In this document: positions 12,144 through 22,423 of the stretch, in pieces
Position numbering within the stretch: position 1 is the first letter of the stretch
Layout of the letters: each line of letters begins with the position of its first letter
Assembly: GCA_038142325.1 (NCBI GenBank)
Contig: JAYQJW010000002.1
Location: forward strand, 811,328-875,327
DNA: 64,000 bases
Origin: Gammaproteobacteria bacterium
Lineage (GTDB): Bacteria > Pseudomonadota > Gammaproteobacteria > GCA-002705445 > GCA-002716945
Direction: 5' to 3'
The notes under the pieces: model-generated
Told to the model about the DNA's origin: nothing
Seen by the model: only the letters and a program-made list of their open reading frames with translations
The model's database searches: none
Position numbers and translations under genes: made by a program

Positions 12144-12730
12144 CTATTTATTTAAAGTATTTATAAGTGAATCTATTCCTTTTTTTGAAACATGCTCTCT
12201 AAAATCCACTCTGTAGTTTTTCATTAAACTAATTCCATCAAAAATAATATCGTAGACCTTCCAACCAGAATTGTTTTTTATAAGTCTGTAATGAACATCA
12301 ATATCTCCACCGGGTATGAGATACTTTGACTTTACATAGGCGATGTTATCTCTTTCACCTGGGACATAAGGTAAAAACTGGACCTTCTCTCCGTCAAAAG
12401 CTGTAATAGATTTCATATATGTACTTGTCATTCTATAGCGAAATGCACTGATAAAATTTTCTTTTTGATTATCTGTTAAGTTAAGCCAAACTTTTTTTCC
12501 AAGAATTATTTTTGACATGAGTTCAATGTCTAATTTAGGCATCACTACAGTGTTCATCTTATCTCTTAAAATTTTTCATCATTTTCAAATCTATCCTTAT
12601 ATTTCGATATTAAATCAGAAATTTCCGTGACTGAATCTTTCAAAAAACCATCGGGGGTGTCTGATGTATGTGCCAAGCTAGAAATGCACAAAAACATTAC
12701 TAAGATTGATATTTTTTTAATCACACTCAT
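12144..12730 (-). CDS. mlaC: MlaC/Ttg2D periplasmic lipid shuttle (one frameshift)
   Basis: Signal peptide; MSKIILGK..W; WKVYDIIFDGISLMKNYR..F motif; two ORF pieces. Confidence 0.88.
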
Positions 12731-12754
12731 AATTTTAGTATATAATCTGGTTAT

Positions 12755-13497
12755 ATGATGCACAAGGTTGTAAAAAAATTATCTTTATTGACATTATTAA
12801 TAATTGGATCCATGTCTATTTCAAATATTGGATACTCATCTGATAATGATCCTTTGGAGCCAATGAATAGAGCGATTTTCGGATTTAATGAAATTGTAGA
12901 TGATAATATTCTAGAGCCTGTTGCGAAGGGTTATCGTTATGTGACGCCTGATCCTGTAGAGAGAAGTGTTAGCAACTTCTTCAATAACCTTTGAGAGATA
13001 AACACTATTATAAATAGTGCTCTTCAAATGAAAATAGATAAAACCATTACGTCAAGCTCTAGACTGGCAATAAATTCAACCGTGTGTGTACTTGGGCTTT
13101 TTGATGTAGCTACATCACTTGGCATTCAACGTGAAAGAGAAGATTTTGGTCAAACTCTTGGTTTCTATGGTATATCTTCAGGCCCATATTTAGTACTTCC
13201 ATTTTTTGGACCAAGTTCATTTAGAGATGCGCCTGGCTTCTATGCAGATGTAATGATGGAAAAAGTATTTCACCAGTTTATACAGAGTTACACCACGAAG
13301 AAAGACAAGCAATACAGGCAACAAATGTCATAGATACAAGAGCTAATTTGCTCAAAGCTACAAAAATTCTTGATACAGCGGCGAAAGATAAATACATATT
13401 CTTGAGAGAGTCATACCTTCAAAGAAGAGCGAAATTAGTTACTGATGGCAAAGACGTACAAGACTTCGAAATAGACGTTCTTGAGATTAATTACTAA
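12755..13497 (+). CDS. mlaA: MlaA/VacJ family protein (in-frame TGA and a frameshift, probably errors); no lipobox
   Basis: DPLEPMNR, NFFNNL, EDFGQTLG, GPYLVLPFFGPS; the C-terminal D.Y.FLRESYLQRR is in a shifted frame. Confidence 0.88.
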
Positions 13498-13530
13498 ACC
13501 TTCTAAATTAATAATCTATTTGGTTTAACT

Positions 13531-14464
13531 ATGATAGATGCCATTTTATTTTTATCAATAGGACTTGTCTTCTTAATTTATGGAGCAAACCTTCTAATCA
13601 CATCTACAGATGAATTTTCAAAAAAACTTTCAATTTCAGGTTTTATAGCAAGTTTTTTCTTAATTGGTATTGCTACATCTGCACCAGAAATTTTTATTTC
13701 TATTGAGTCTGCTCTACAAAATGAAACTATACTCGCTGTTGGGAACTCAATAGGCTCAAATATTTCTAACTTAGCATTAGTATTCTGTTTTGGCAGTATT
13801 GTTTATGAAAAAAAATCAAAAAACAATGTTTATTCCAAGTCTACCCTTTTTTACTATGATAATTTTAACAATAGTATGTTTTAGCGTTATCTATCCTGAT
13901 AGCATCTTCGATAAAACGGATTCATATGTTTTGCTTGCATTATTCTTTTTCTCTTTATTATTATTTAATTCAAAAAATGAAATTCCATCAGAATCTAGTG
14001 AAAACTTGATAAAAGCTAATATTTCAAAAATACTTCTTTATGCAATCATTGGAATTACGTTACTAATATATGGATCAAAATTTTTTATAGATGGCGCTAC
14101 TAATATTGCCCTTATGTTTGGAGTAAGCGCATATGTAATAGGATTAACTTTGACAGCACTTGGAACCAGCTTACCTGAATTAGTAACTACAGTACAATCC
14201 GCAAGAAAAGGAAAGAGTCAGTTTATAATTGGGAACATATTGGGTTCAAATATTTTTAACATAGGCGTTGCAATGAGCATTGCAGGACTCATCAATCCCG
14301 CAATAATTGATTCGAATGCATTTTTACGCGACATTTTGTTGCTTTTTTTATCTACACTATTATTTTATGTAATAACTAAATCAACAAAACATACTATAAA
14401 GGTTGTATACTCTATTTTGTTAATAACGATATATTGTATTTATATATTGATGATACTTAAATAA
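13531..14464 (+). CDS. yrbG: Ca2+/Na+ antiporter, YrbG family (one frameshift)
   Basis: ATSAPE/GTSLPE and GN..GSNI.N alpha-repeats; conserved position before kdsD. Confidence 0.88.
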
Positions 14465-14466
14465 AA

Positions 14467-15425
14467 ATGAAAACTTCAAATAAGCAATTTGCTAGACAGA
14501 TTCTTAATAAAGAAATAAGTGCTTTACGAAGAACCGCAAAACTCATAAATAATGATTTCGATGAAGCATGTCAAATTCTATCTAACATAAACGGAAAAGT
14601 AATCACTTTAGGAATGGGTAAGTCAAGCTTCGTTGCAATGAAAATGGCAGCAACCCTTAGTAGTACAGGTACCTCTGCGTTGTTTCTTCATCCAGCTGAT
14701 GCTTTGCATGGTGATATTGGGGTCATCAAAAAATATGATACGGTAATTATTTACTCTAATTCGGGAGAAACAGAAGAGATTATAAAGTTACTCCCATTAT
14801 TGAAAATTCTAAAATGCTCCTTAATATCAATTACGGGTAATATAAAATCAACTCTTGCTAAGCATTCCAAGGTTTTACTTGATGCATCTGTAGAAAAAGA
14901 AGCATGTCCAAATAACTTAGCGCCGACTTCAAGTATAGTGTGTGCTCTTGCTATATCAGATGCGCTTGCATTGACTGTAGCTGAAAAAAATAATTTTTCA
15001 GTTCAGGATTTTGCAAAAACACACCCAGAAGGTGCTTTAGGAAAAAGATTATTAATTACAGTCTCAGATATCATGACTAAAAAAAACATCCCGCTGTTAA
15101 AAGTGACTGATAAATTTATCAACTTAATAAAAAAGACTACCAAATCAAATTTAGGTCTCGCTGTAGTAGTTGATAATAAAAATAATATTCAAGGCGTAAT
15201 ATCAGATGGTGATATTAAGAGGATAATGCAAAAGAACACGAAATTTATGATTTAATTTTAAAAGATATTATGACTACTGATCCGTTATTGATTACTCCGG
15301 ATAGTCTTGCTGCTGAAGCACTTAATATCATGGAAGAAAATAATATAGATGCAATACCAGTAATAGAAAAAAGAAAAATTCTTGGGATTGTAACCTTAAA
15401 AGATGTTATCAAATCAATAAATTGA
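14467..15425 (+). CDS. kdsD: Arabinose-5-phosphate isomerase, SIS + CBS (frameshift near 15250)
   Basis: GMGKS, HPADALHGDIG, EACPNNLAPTSS, HPEGALG; second CBS domain in a shifted frame. Confidence 0.92.
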
Positions 15426-15426
15426 A

Positions 15427-15975
15427 ATGTTAGATAATAAAAAATATATTCCTTTTTACAAATCTTTGTATACAGAAGAATTAATACAAAAAGCTAGCCA
15501 GATAAATTTATTAGCATTTGACGTTGATGGGGTATTAACTGATGGCGGTTTATATTTTGATGCCAATGGTAATGAAGAGAAAAGATTTTTTGCTCAAGAT
15601 GGTCATGGAATAAAAATTATTCAATCCATAGGCATAAAAACAATGATTATTTCTGGAAGAGAAACAGGTTCAGTTCTCCATCGTGGTCAAGAATTAGGCA
15701 TAGAATATATAATACAAGGTAGCAGGGATAAGCTTAAAAGTTTTAATGAACAAAAATTATCAATACCTTATGAGGAAGTGTGTTTTGTTGGAGATGACAC
15801 AGTTGATATTGAACTTTTGGAGAAAGTAGGATTATCTGTTATCGTTCCAAATGCCAATACCCTGCTTAAGTCGCTTAATTTTGATTGGACCACTAACAGG
15901 AGTGGTGGAAACGGAGCTATAAGAGATGTTTGTGATCTTATTTATTTTTCTAAAATCATAAATGAAAAAGCCTAA
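15427..15975 (+). CDS. kdsC: KDO-8-phosphate phosphatase
   Basis: FDVDGVLTDG, VGDD..D, GGNGAIRD. Confidence 0.94.
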   Translation: MLDNKKYIPFYKSLYTEELIQKASQINLLAFDVDGVLTDGGLYFDANGNEEKRFFAQDGHGIKIIQSIGIKTMIISGRETGSVLHRGQELGIEYIIQGSRDKLKSFNEQKLSIPYEEVCFVGDDTVDIELLEKVGLSVIVPNANTLLKSLNFDWTTNRSGGNGAIRDVCDLIYFSKIINEKA

Positions 15976-16630
15976 GCTACTACTTTTATTTTGTATAACA
16001 ATCATATTTATAATGAGCAGCTTGTTTGCAAGTACTGTTGATAAAGATACTAAAATTAAAAATAAAATATTTAACTTCTCTTCAGAAAAAATTGATGCAG
16101 TTATGTCTACTGAGTGGAAGCTAAGTGGACAATATCTCGAAAAATATGAAAATAATTCCACTCTTATTAAGAATCCTAATTTAAAGTTATATAAGTCTAA
16201 TTTTTCTACCGATATATTATCTGACACAGCTTTTGATCCAACAGGTGAAATGATTGAAATTTATCTCAAGAATAATGTTTACATAAATAGAACTGACTCA
16301 TCGAATGTAAGCATTATTAAATTATATACATCTTATGCAATTTTTTATTTATCAAAAGATTTAGTCGAAACTGACCGAGATGTTACTATAATTACATCTG
16401 ATTCAATTACTACAGGAAATGGATTATCAGCTAACCTTGAAAGTGGCTTAATTTCGGTGCTTAGTAATGCTGAGAGGAAAATTAAAGACGGTGAAAACAC
16501 AAGAATAATTAAAGGCAATCAGATGATTTATAACACTAAGACAAAAAAATGGATAGTGAAGAATCAGTCGGCATCAAAACTTAAAAATTCAATTATCAAG
16601 AAAGTAAAAACAACATTCAGCTTGGATTGA
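15962..16630 (+). CDS. lptC: LptC-like LPS export protein with an LptA-like C-terminus (putative LptC-LptA chimera)
   Basis: N-terminal hydrophobic segment; LptC-type jellyroll (VETDRDVTI..GNGLSANL); about 45 extra residues resembling the LptA C-terminus; only ORF between kdsC and lptB. Confidence 0.8.
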   Translation: MKKPKLLLLFCITIIFIMSSLFASTVDKDTKIKNKIFNFSSEKIDAVMSTEWKLSGQYLEKYENNSTLIKNPNLKLYKSNFSTDILSDTAFDPTGEMIEIYLKNNVYINRTDSSNVSIIKLYTSYAIFYLSKDLVETDRDVTIITSDSITTGNGLSANLESGLISVLSNAERKIKDGENTRIIKGNQMIYNTKTKKWIVKNQSASKLKNSIIKKVKTTFSLD

Positions 16631-16631
16631 T

Positions 16632-17357
16632 ATGTCAATATTGAAATCAGATAACTTAAAAAAAGAATATGATAGTAAAACTGTCATACACGATATCTCT
16701 CTAGAGGTAAACTCAGGAGAAATAGTAGGGCTTCTTGGTCCAAATGGTGCTGGTAAAACCACAACATTCTACATGATTGTTGGATTGATTAAGGCTGATA
16801 ATGGTAAAATTATCATAGATGATGAAGATATAACTCAAGAGCCAACCCACAATAGATTTAAACACGGTATAAGCTATCTCCCTCAAGAACCATCGATATT
16901 TCGTGATTTATCAGCCAAAGATAATATCCTCTCTATTCTAGAAATTAATAATAAAATGAACTCAAATCAAAACGAAAAAACTTTAGAGTATTTAATTGAA
17001 AAATTTGACTTAAAAAAATTTCTTAACACAAAAGGTGTTCTTTTATCTGGTGGAGAGAGAAGAAGGGTTGAAATAGCCCGCGCAATAGCCTTGAAACCAA
17101 AATTCTTGCTGCTTGATGAACCATTTGCTGGTATAGATCCGTTATCAGTTATAGATATACAAGAAATTATTTCAGAACTAGCGCATGAGGATATAGGTAT
17201 ACTTATTACAGATCATAACGTCAGAGAAACTCTAAAGATTTGTGATAGATCATATGTGATAAATTCTGGAAAAGTCCTTGCTTCTGGCAAAGCAAAGGAG
17301 CTTGTTAAAAATGAAATTGTCAAAAAAGTATATCTAGGTGAATCATTTAAATTATGA
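16632..17357 (+). CDS. lptB: LPS export ABC transporter ATPase
   Basis: GPNGAGKTT, YLPQEPSIF, LSGGERRRVEIAR, LITDHNVRETL. Confidence 0.97.
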   Translation: MSILKSDNLKKEYDSKTVIHDISLEVNSGEIVGLLGPNGAGKTTTFYMIVGLIKADNGKIIIDDEDITQEPTHNRFKHGISYLPQEPSIFRDLSAKDNILSILEINNKMNSNQNEKTLEYLIEKFDLKKFLNTKGVLLSGGERRRVEIARAIALKPKFLLLDEPFAGIDPLSVIDIQEIISELAHEDIGILITDHNVRETLKICDRSYVINSGKVLASGKAKELVKNEIVKKVYLGESFKL

Positions 17358-18694
17358 GTAAACTTTTTCAAACGGTTAAGATTAGTCAGACGAAGGTTTT
17401 GTCTCAACAAACAAGACAAGCTATCAAATTACTGCAGTTGAGTACATATGAACTAGACAAAGAAATAGATGAACTAATTCTTGAAAATCCACTTTTAGAA
17501 AAGAATGATGATATACAAACTGATTATGACATCGGCAGTGCAAGTAACTCCGCTTTTTCTGATCCAGAGGATGTACTTAAATATTATAAAAAAAATGATA
17601 GTCTCAAAGAGTTTTTAAATCGACAAATTGAAATGTCGTCCTTATCAGATGATGAAAGACTAATTGCATCAATAATTATTGATTGTGTTAATGACAATGG
17701 TTACTTGACAGAAGATTTGAATGATATTTTTATTCAAGCAAATAGAATTACTGAAGTAACCTTCCAAGAGATATTTTATGTTCTACATACTTTACAAAGA
17801 TTTGAACCTGTTGGAACTTGTGCACTAGATTTGTATGATTCTCTGGCTATTCAACTTGATTATTTCTATAAAGACTCAAATTGTTATCATGAAGCAATGA
17901 GAATAATTAAGTCACTAAGTAAAATAGATTCATCTCATGATTTAAAATTTGATCAGGAAATTTCCTCTATTTGTAAAAATGAGGATTTCAACGAAAAAGC
18001 TTTTGAGTTAGTAAAGAAGCTCAATCCGAAACCAGGTTTAATAATTTCTAAAAAACTTGATTCTTATCAGATACTGCCTGAAGTTGTTATATATAAGAGA
18101 GATGATAAATGGATTACTGAATTGACAAGTAATAAACCTCCATTAAAGCTAAATTCAGAATATGTTTCAATAATGAAAGAAAGCAAAATTAAAACAGATA
18201 TTGATTATCTCAAAAAAAATTATAATGAAGCAAAATTCATAATCAAATCTATTAAAAATAGAAATATTACTATTCTAAATGTTTGTAAGGAGATTTTTAA
18301 AAAACAATTAGATTTTCTTAATAACGGTGACATAGGAATAAAACCAATGACTTTAAGAGATGTATCAGAAGCTCTAGGAATACATGAGTCCACGGTGTCA
18401 CGAGCAACAAGTAATAAATATGTCCAAACTCCAAGAGGAGTTTTTGAAATGAAATATTTCTTTACCTCTGAACTCAGCACTAATACAGGTCAAATGGTTT
18501 CTTCCAAAGCAATAATGAAAATGATAAAAACATTTGTAGATAGTGAAATTAAACAAAAGCCTCTCAGTGATAATCAAATTTCAGAACTATTCAAAAACAA
18601 GGGAATATCTGTAGCTAGAAGAACTATTACAAAATACAGAGAAAAATTAAAAATACCAAGTTCTAATGAAAGAAAGAGAGTTGTTAATGATTAA
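17354..18694 (+). CDS. rpoN: RNA polymerase sigma-54
   Basis: QAIKLLQLS region I, HESTVSRA HTH, RpoN box ARRTITKYR. Confidence 0.96.
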   Translation: MSKLFQTVKISQTKVLSQQTRQAIKLLQLSTYELDKEIDELILENPLLEKNDDIQTDYDIGSASNSAFSDPEDVLKYYKKNDSLKEFLNRQIEMSSLSDDERLIASIIIDCVNDNGYLTEDLNDIFIQANRITEVTFQEIFYVLHTLQRFEPVGTCALDLYDSLAIQLDYFYKDSNCYHEAMRIIKSLSKIDSSHDLKFDQEISSICKNEDFNEKAFELVKKLNPKPGLIISKKLDSYQILPEVVIYKRDDKWITELTSNKPPLKLNSEYVSIMKESKIKTDIDYLKKNYNEAKFIIKSIKNRNITILNVCKEIFKKQLDFLNNGDIGIKPMTLRDVSEALGIHESTVSRATSNKYVQTPRGVFEMKYFFTSELSTNTGQMVSSKAIMKMIKTFVDSEIKQKPLSDNQISELFKNKGISVARRTITKYREKLKIPSSNERKRVVND

Positions 18695-19145
18695 GGTAAA
18701 ATTAGATGACTCTCATGTAATTATTAATGACAATTCTAAAAGTAAAAAAATCATACTAGAGAAAGCTGCAGAAATATTTTATCAGTCCTCAGGTATACCA
18801 AAAGACGTAATCTTCCAAAAACTATATGAGAGGGAAAAACTTGGCTCTACATCTGTTGGTAAAGGAGTTGCCATCCCTCATGCAAGAATTGAAAATATTG
18901 ATTATCCTTATCTATCGATAATACTCCTAAATGATGCAGTTGAATTTGATAATATCGATGATCTAAATGTTGATATAATTGTATCAATTATAGTGCCGAA
19001 TAAAGATTTTGAAGAGCATTTGAAATTATTATCCTGTATAAGTGAAAAACTTGATAATCAAGAAACAAGAAAAGACTTGAGACATGCAAGAAATAGTAGA
19101 GATATTTTAACAATATTAGAGTCGAATAATTTAGAATTTATATAA
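18687..19145 (+). CDS. ptsN: PTS EIIA-Ntr
   Basis: REKLGSTSVGKGVAIPHAR phospho-His motif; follows rpoN. Confidence 0.9.
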   Translation: MIKVKLDDSHVIINDNSKSKKIILEKAAEIFYQSSGIPKDVIFQKLYEREKLGSTSVGKGVAIPHARIENIDYPYLSIILLNDAVEFDNIDDLNVDIIVSIIVPNKDFEEHLKLLSCISEKLDNQETRKDLRHARNSRDILTILESNNLEFI

Positions 19146-19146
19146 T

Positions 19147-19527
19147 ATGAAAGTTGGTATATTAATAATTACACACAGCGATATTGGTAAACAGTTGCTT
19201 TTGACTGCTATATCAGTATTTGGGAAAAATCCATTTCAAGTCGAATTATTATCTGTTGATAATTATGATCAGCCTAATGATATGAAACAATTAGCAGAAA
19301 AATATGTTAATTTTCTTGATAAAGGTCGTGGAGTTTTAGTTTTAACAGACGTTATAGGAACTACTCCATCAAATATTGCCTCATCTATAGAACATAAAAA
19401 TATAAAAATTGTTGCAGGATTAAATCTTTCAATGATATTGAATGTATTCAATTATCCAGGAGAAACACTGGATCAGTTGTCCAAAAAAGCAATTGAGGGA
19501 GGTGCAGAGGGAGTTTCTGTAGTGTAA
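19147..19527 (+). CDS. Stand-alone PTS EIIA of the mannose family
   Basis: ILIITHS, LTDVIGTTPSN, AGLNLSM. Confidence 0.88.
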   Translation: MKVGILIITHSDIGKQLLLTAISVFGKNPFQVELLSVDNYDQPNDMKQLAEKYVNFLDKGRGVLVLTDVIGTTPSNIASSIEHKNIKIVAGLNLSMILNVFNYPGETLDQLSKKAIEGGAEGVSVV

Positions 19528-19797
19528 ATGATATCCAAAGATCTCAAAGTAACCAATAAATTAGGACTACATGCCAGAGCTGCTGCGAAGGTTGTAGACA
19601 TAGCTAATAGATACAAATGTGAAATTAATTTTTTGAAAGATGATAAAAAAGCAGACGCTAGAAGTATTATGAAAATACTAATGTTGTCAGCATCACAGGG
19701 AACTTATATAAAGGTTCAAATTAGTGGTGATAATCAAGATGATGCCATGTCATCTATTGAAAAATTGTTCAATGAAAAGTTTAATGAAGAAGAATGA
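19528..19797 (+). CDS. ptsH: Phosphocarrier HPr/NPr
   Basis: GLHARAA (His15) and DARSIM (Ser46). Confidence 0.9.
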   Translation: MISKDLKVTNKLGLHARAAAKVVDIANRYKCEINFLKDDKKADARSIMKILMLSASQGTYIKVQISGDNQDDAMSSIEKLFNEKFNEEE

Positions 19798-21512
19798 GTA
19801 TCATACTTACAGGTGTTGGAGTTTCTAGTGGTATATGCATAGGTGATGCCATCATTGTCAATAAAGATAATATCAATTACTCCCCGTCCTATATTAGGAA
19901 ATCACAAGTTAAAGACGAGATCAAAAAGTTTGAAAAAGCATTATCACGATTAAGACAAGAATACCAAAAATCTATAAATAAAATAAAAAATAATCAGGCC
20001 ATTATTAAGTTAATGGATATGCAGTTAACTTTTGTAAATGATAATAGTTTTAAAAATAATATTTTAAAAAAAATAAAAAATGAATGCTGTACTGTAAATT
20101 GGTCAATCTCATCAGAATACTTAGAAATAAAAAAATTATTTGAGAGTGTTGAAGATAAATATATAAAAGAAAGGTTGGCTGATATCAAACAAATGATAAT
20201 TAGTTTACTTGATTTATTACAATCAAAGAGGAATAACAATAATTTTAATAATGATAATATAAAGAATAAAATTATTATAACTGATGAGATTACTCCAAAA
20301 GATGTTATTGATATTCATCATAGTAGAGGTCTAGGAATAATCTGCTCTCATGGCAGCAAGTCATCACACAGTTCTATTTTAAGTAAAAGTTTAGCTCTTC
20401 CAATGATTATAAATGTATCATCATCAGTAGAGTTTATAAAAAATACAGACACACTAATTCTGGATGCTGGTAATGATAATGTGATAGTTAATCCAAGTAA
20501 CTTTGAACTCAAACATTACAGAAAGACTAAATCCATCAATCGTAGCATTGAAAAATCCTATAACAAACTTGCAGCAAAAAAGGCAGTTACAAGAGATAGA
20601 ATTAGAATTGATGTCATGAGTAATTTAGAGCTGTCTGAAGAAGTGAAACTAATAAACTCCAATACAGATGGAGTTGGTCTTTTCAGAACAGAATATTTAT
20701 ATATGAACAGAAATGACTTGCCAACAGAAGCTGAGCAAATCAAGGCTTATAAAAAAGTTTTTAATAAAGCTCTAGATAAACCAGTCACATTGAGAACGCT
20801 TGACATTGGTTCAGACAAAGAAGTCTCAGAAAATATAAGAATAGGACAAATAGCAAAAAATCCAGCGTTGGGTCTAAGAGGAATTAGGTATAGCCTAATT
20901 GAAAAAAATGTTTTTAAAACACAAATTAAGGCCATGTTGAGGGCGGGTTTGGATAAAAAGCTTAGAATATTAATACCGATGATCACTTCATTAGATGAGA
21001 TAAATCAAGTTAAAAAACTCATTAATGAAGCTAAGACAGAGTTAGACAAACAGAAAAAAATTATACAAATAAATATGAACTGGGAATCATGATTGAAGTG
21101 CCAGCTTGCGCAATACAAGCTAGTGTGTTGTCCAAGCATGTAGATTTCATGTCGATAGGCACTAATGATTTAGTTCAGTACATACTGGCTACAGATAGAA
21201 TAGATGATGAAGTTACAAATTTATATGATCCTTCAAATCCAGCAGTTCTTCACATCATAAAAGATGTAATCGATAAATGTGAAAAATCAGGTATTGATGT
21301 GGCTGTATGTGGAGAAATGGCAAGCGAAAAACAATATACGAGATTACTTTTAGGGCTTGGTCTAAGATCATTTAGTATGCATCCTCAGGCAATTCCTGAA
21401 ATAAAAAATATCATCATGAACGCTAACGTAAAGGAAATAAAGAAAAAAATAAACGCGATTCTTGGTTGTAATGATTACCAGGACAAGACGCCAGCTTGTT
21501 GAGGATCTCTAG
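19794..21512 (+). CDS. ptsI: PEP-protein phosphotransferase enzyme I, no GAF domain (two frameshifts)
   Basis: SSHSSI, GLFRTE, RTLDIG, NPALGLRGIR, MIEVP, SIGTNDL, CGEMA. Confidence 0.92.
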
Positions 21513-22423
21513 CTATCTGCTGATAAAAGAAAATCTATTAGTGCCATAGAGCTATACAATCTATTATGGGCCTGTTGCCAGACCTTGCTATATTTTGAAT
21601 CTATAATATCATTATCAATTTCCACTCCCCTATGTGCTGGAAGACAGTGCAGAAAAATTGAATCATCTTTTGTTTTTGACATTAAATTCATATTAACTTG
21701 ATAGCTTTTGAATGCCCTTTTCCTCTCTTCAACTTCATTTTCATCACCCATGCTAGACCAAACATCAGTAGTGACAACATCTGCATTATCTGCTGCAGAT
21801 CCGGGAATATCACACAACTCAACATTTTCTCCAAATTTCTCGAGAGTGTAATTATCAGGCTCATAACCATTTGGGGTAGATATTTTTAACTTAAATCCCA
21901 ATAATTTAGATGCATTGATATAAGAATTACACATATTATTACCATCACCAATCCATGCAACTGTAAGTTTGTTAAAGTCATCGCCTTTGATTTCGCTAAT
22001 AGTCTGCATATCTGCTAGCAACTGACACGGATGAAATAAATTACATAAACCATTAATAACAGGTATTGAGGAGAATTTAGCAAGCTCTTTAATTTCTTCA
22101 TGTGAGTTAGTTCTCATCATAATTAGATCGACCATACCTGATAACACTCTGGCTGTATCAGATATATCCTCTCCTCTTTTCAGTTGAGTTGTTTCTTCGC
22201 TTAAAAAAATTGCATGACCGCCAAGCTTATACATCGCAGTTTCAAATGCTACCCTTGTACGCGTTGAGTTTTTTTTAAAAATCATAGCAAGTGTTTTGTT
22301 TGTATGAGTGTTCGGAATACAATTACTTTCATCCATCTTTTTATAATCAATCGCCTTGTTAATAATGCGCTTGAACTCTTGGGGATTAATATCTATTAGT
22401 GATCTAAAGTGTCTACTGTTCAT
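21509..22423 (-). CDS. argF: Ornithine carbamoyltransferase
   Basis: STRTR, HPCQ, FLHCLP; start at MNSRHF. Confidence 0.95.
   Translation of the reverse strand: MNSRHFRSLIDINPQEFKRIINKAIDYKKMDESNCIPNTHTNKTLAMIFKKNSTRTRVAFETAMYKLGGHAIFLSEETTQLKRGEDISDTARVLSGMVDLIMMRTNSHEEIKELAKFSSIPVINGLCNLFHPCQLLADMQTISEIKGDDFNKLTVAWIGDGNNMCNSYINASKLLGFKLKISTPNGYEPDNYTLEKFGENVELCDIPGSAADNADVVTTDVWSSMGDENEVEERKRAFKSYQVNMNLMSKTKDDSIFLHCLPAHRGVEIDNDIIDSKYSKVWQQAHNRLYSSMALIDFLLSADS

Noticed and set aside
12992-12994. In-frame TGA at a conserved Gly position in mlaA, suggesting genetic code 25 or selenocysteine
   Set aside because: TGA is a normal stop for other genes here (petA, lptC, lptB, rpoN). A nearby Gly codon also appears as TGT, so local G-to-T errors explain it.
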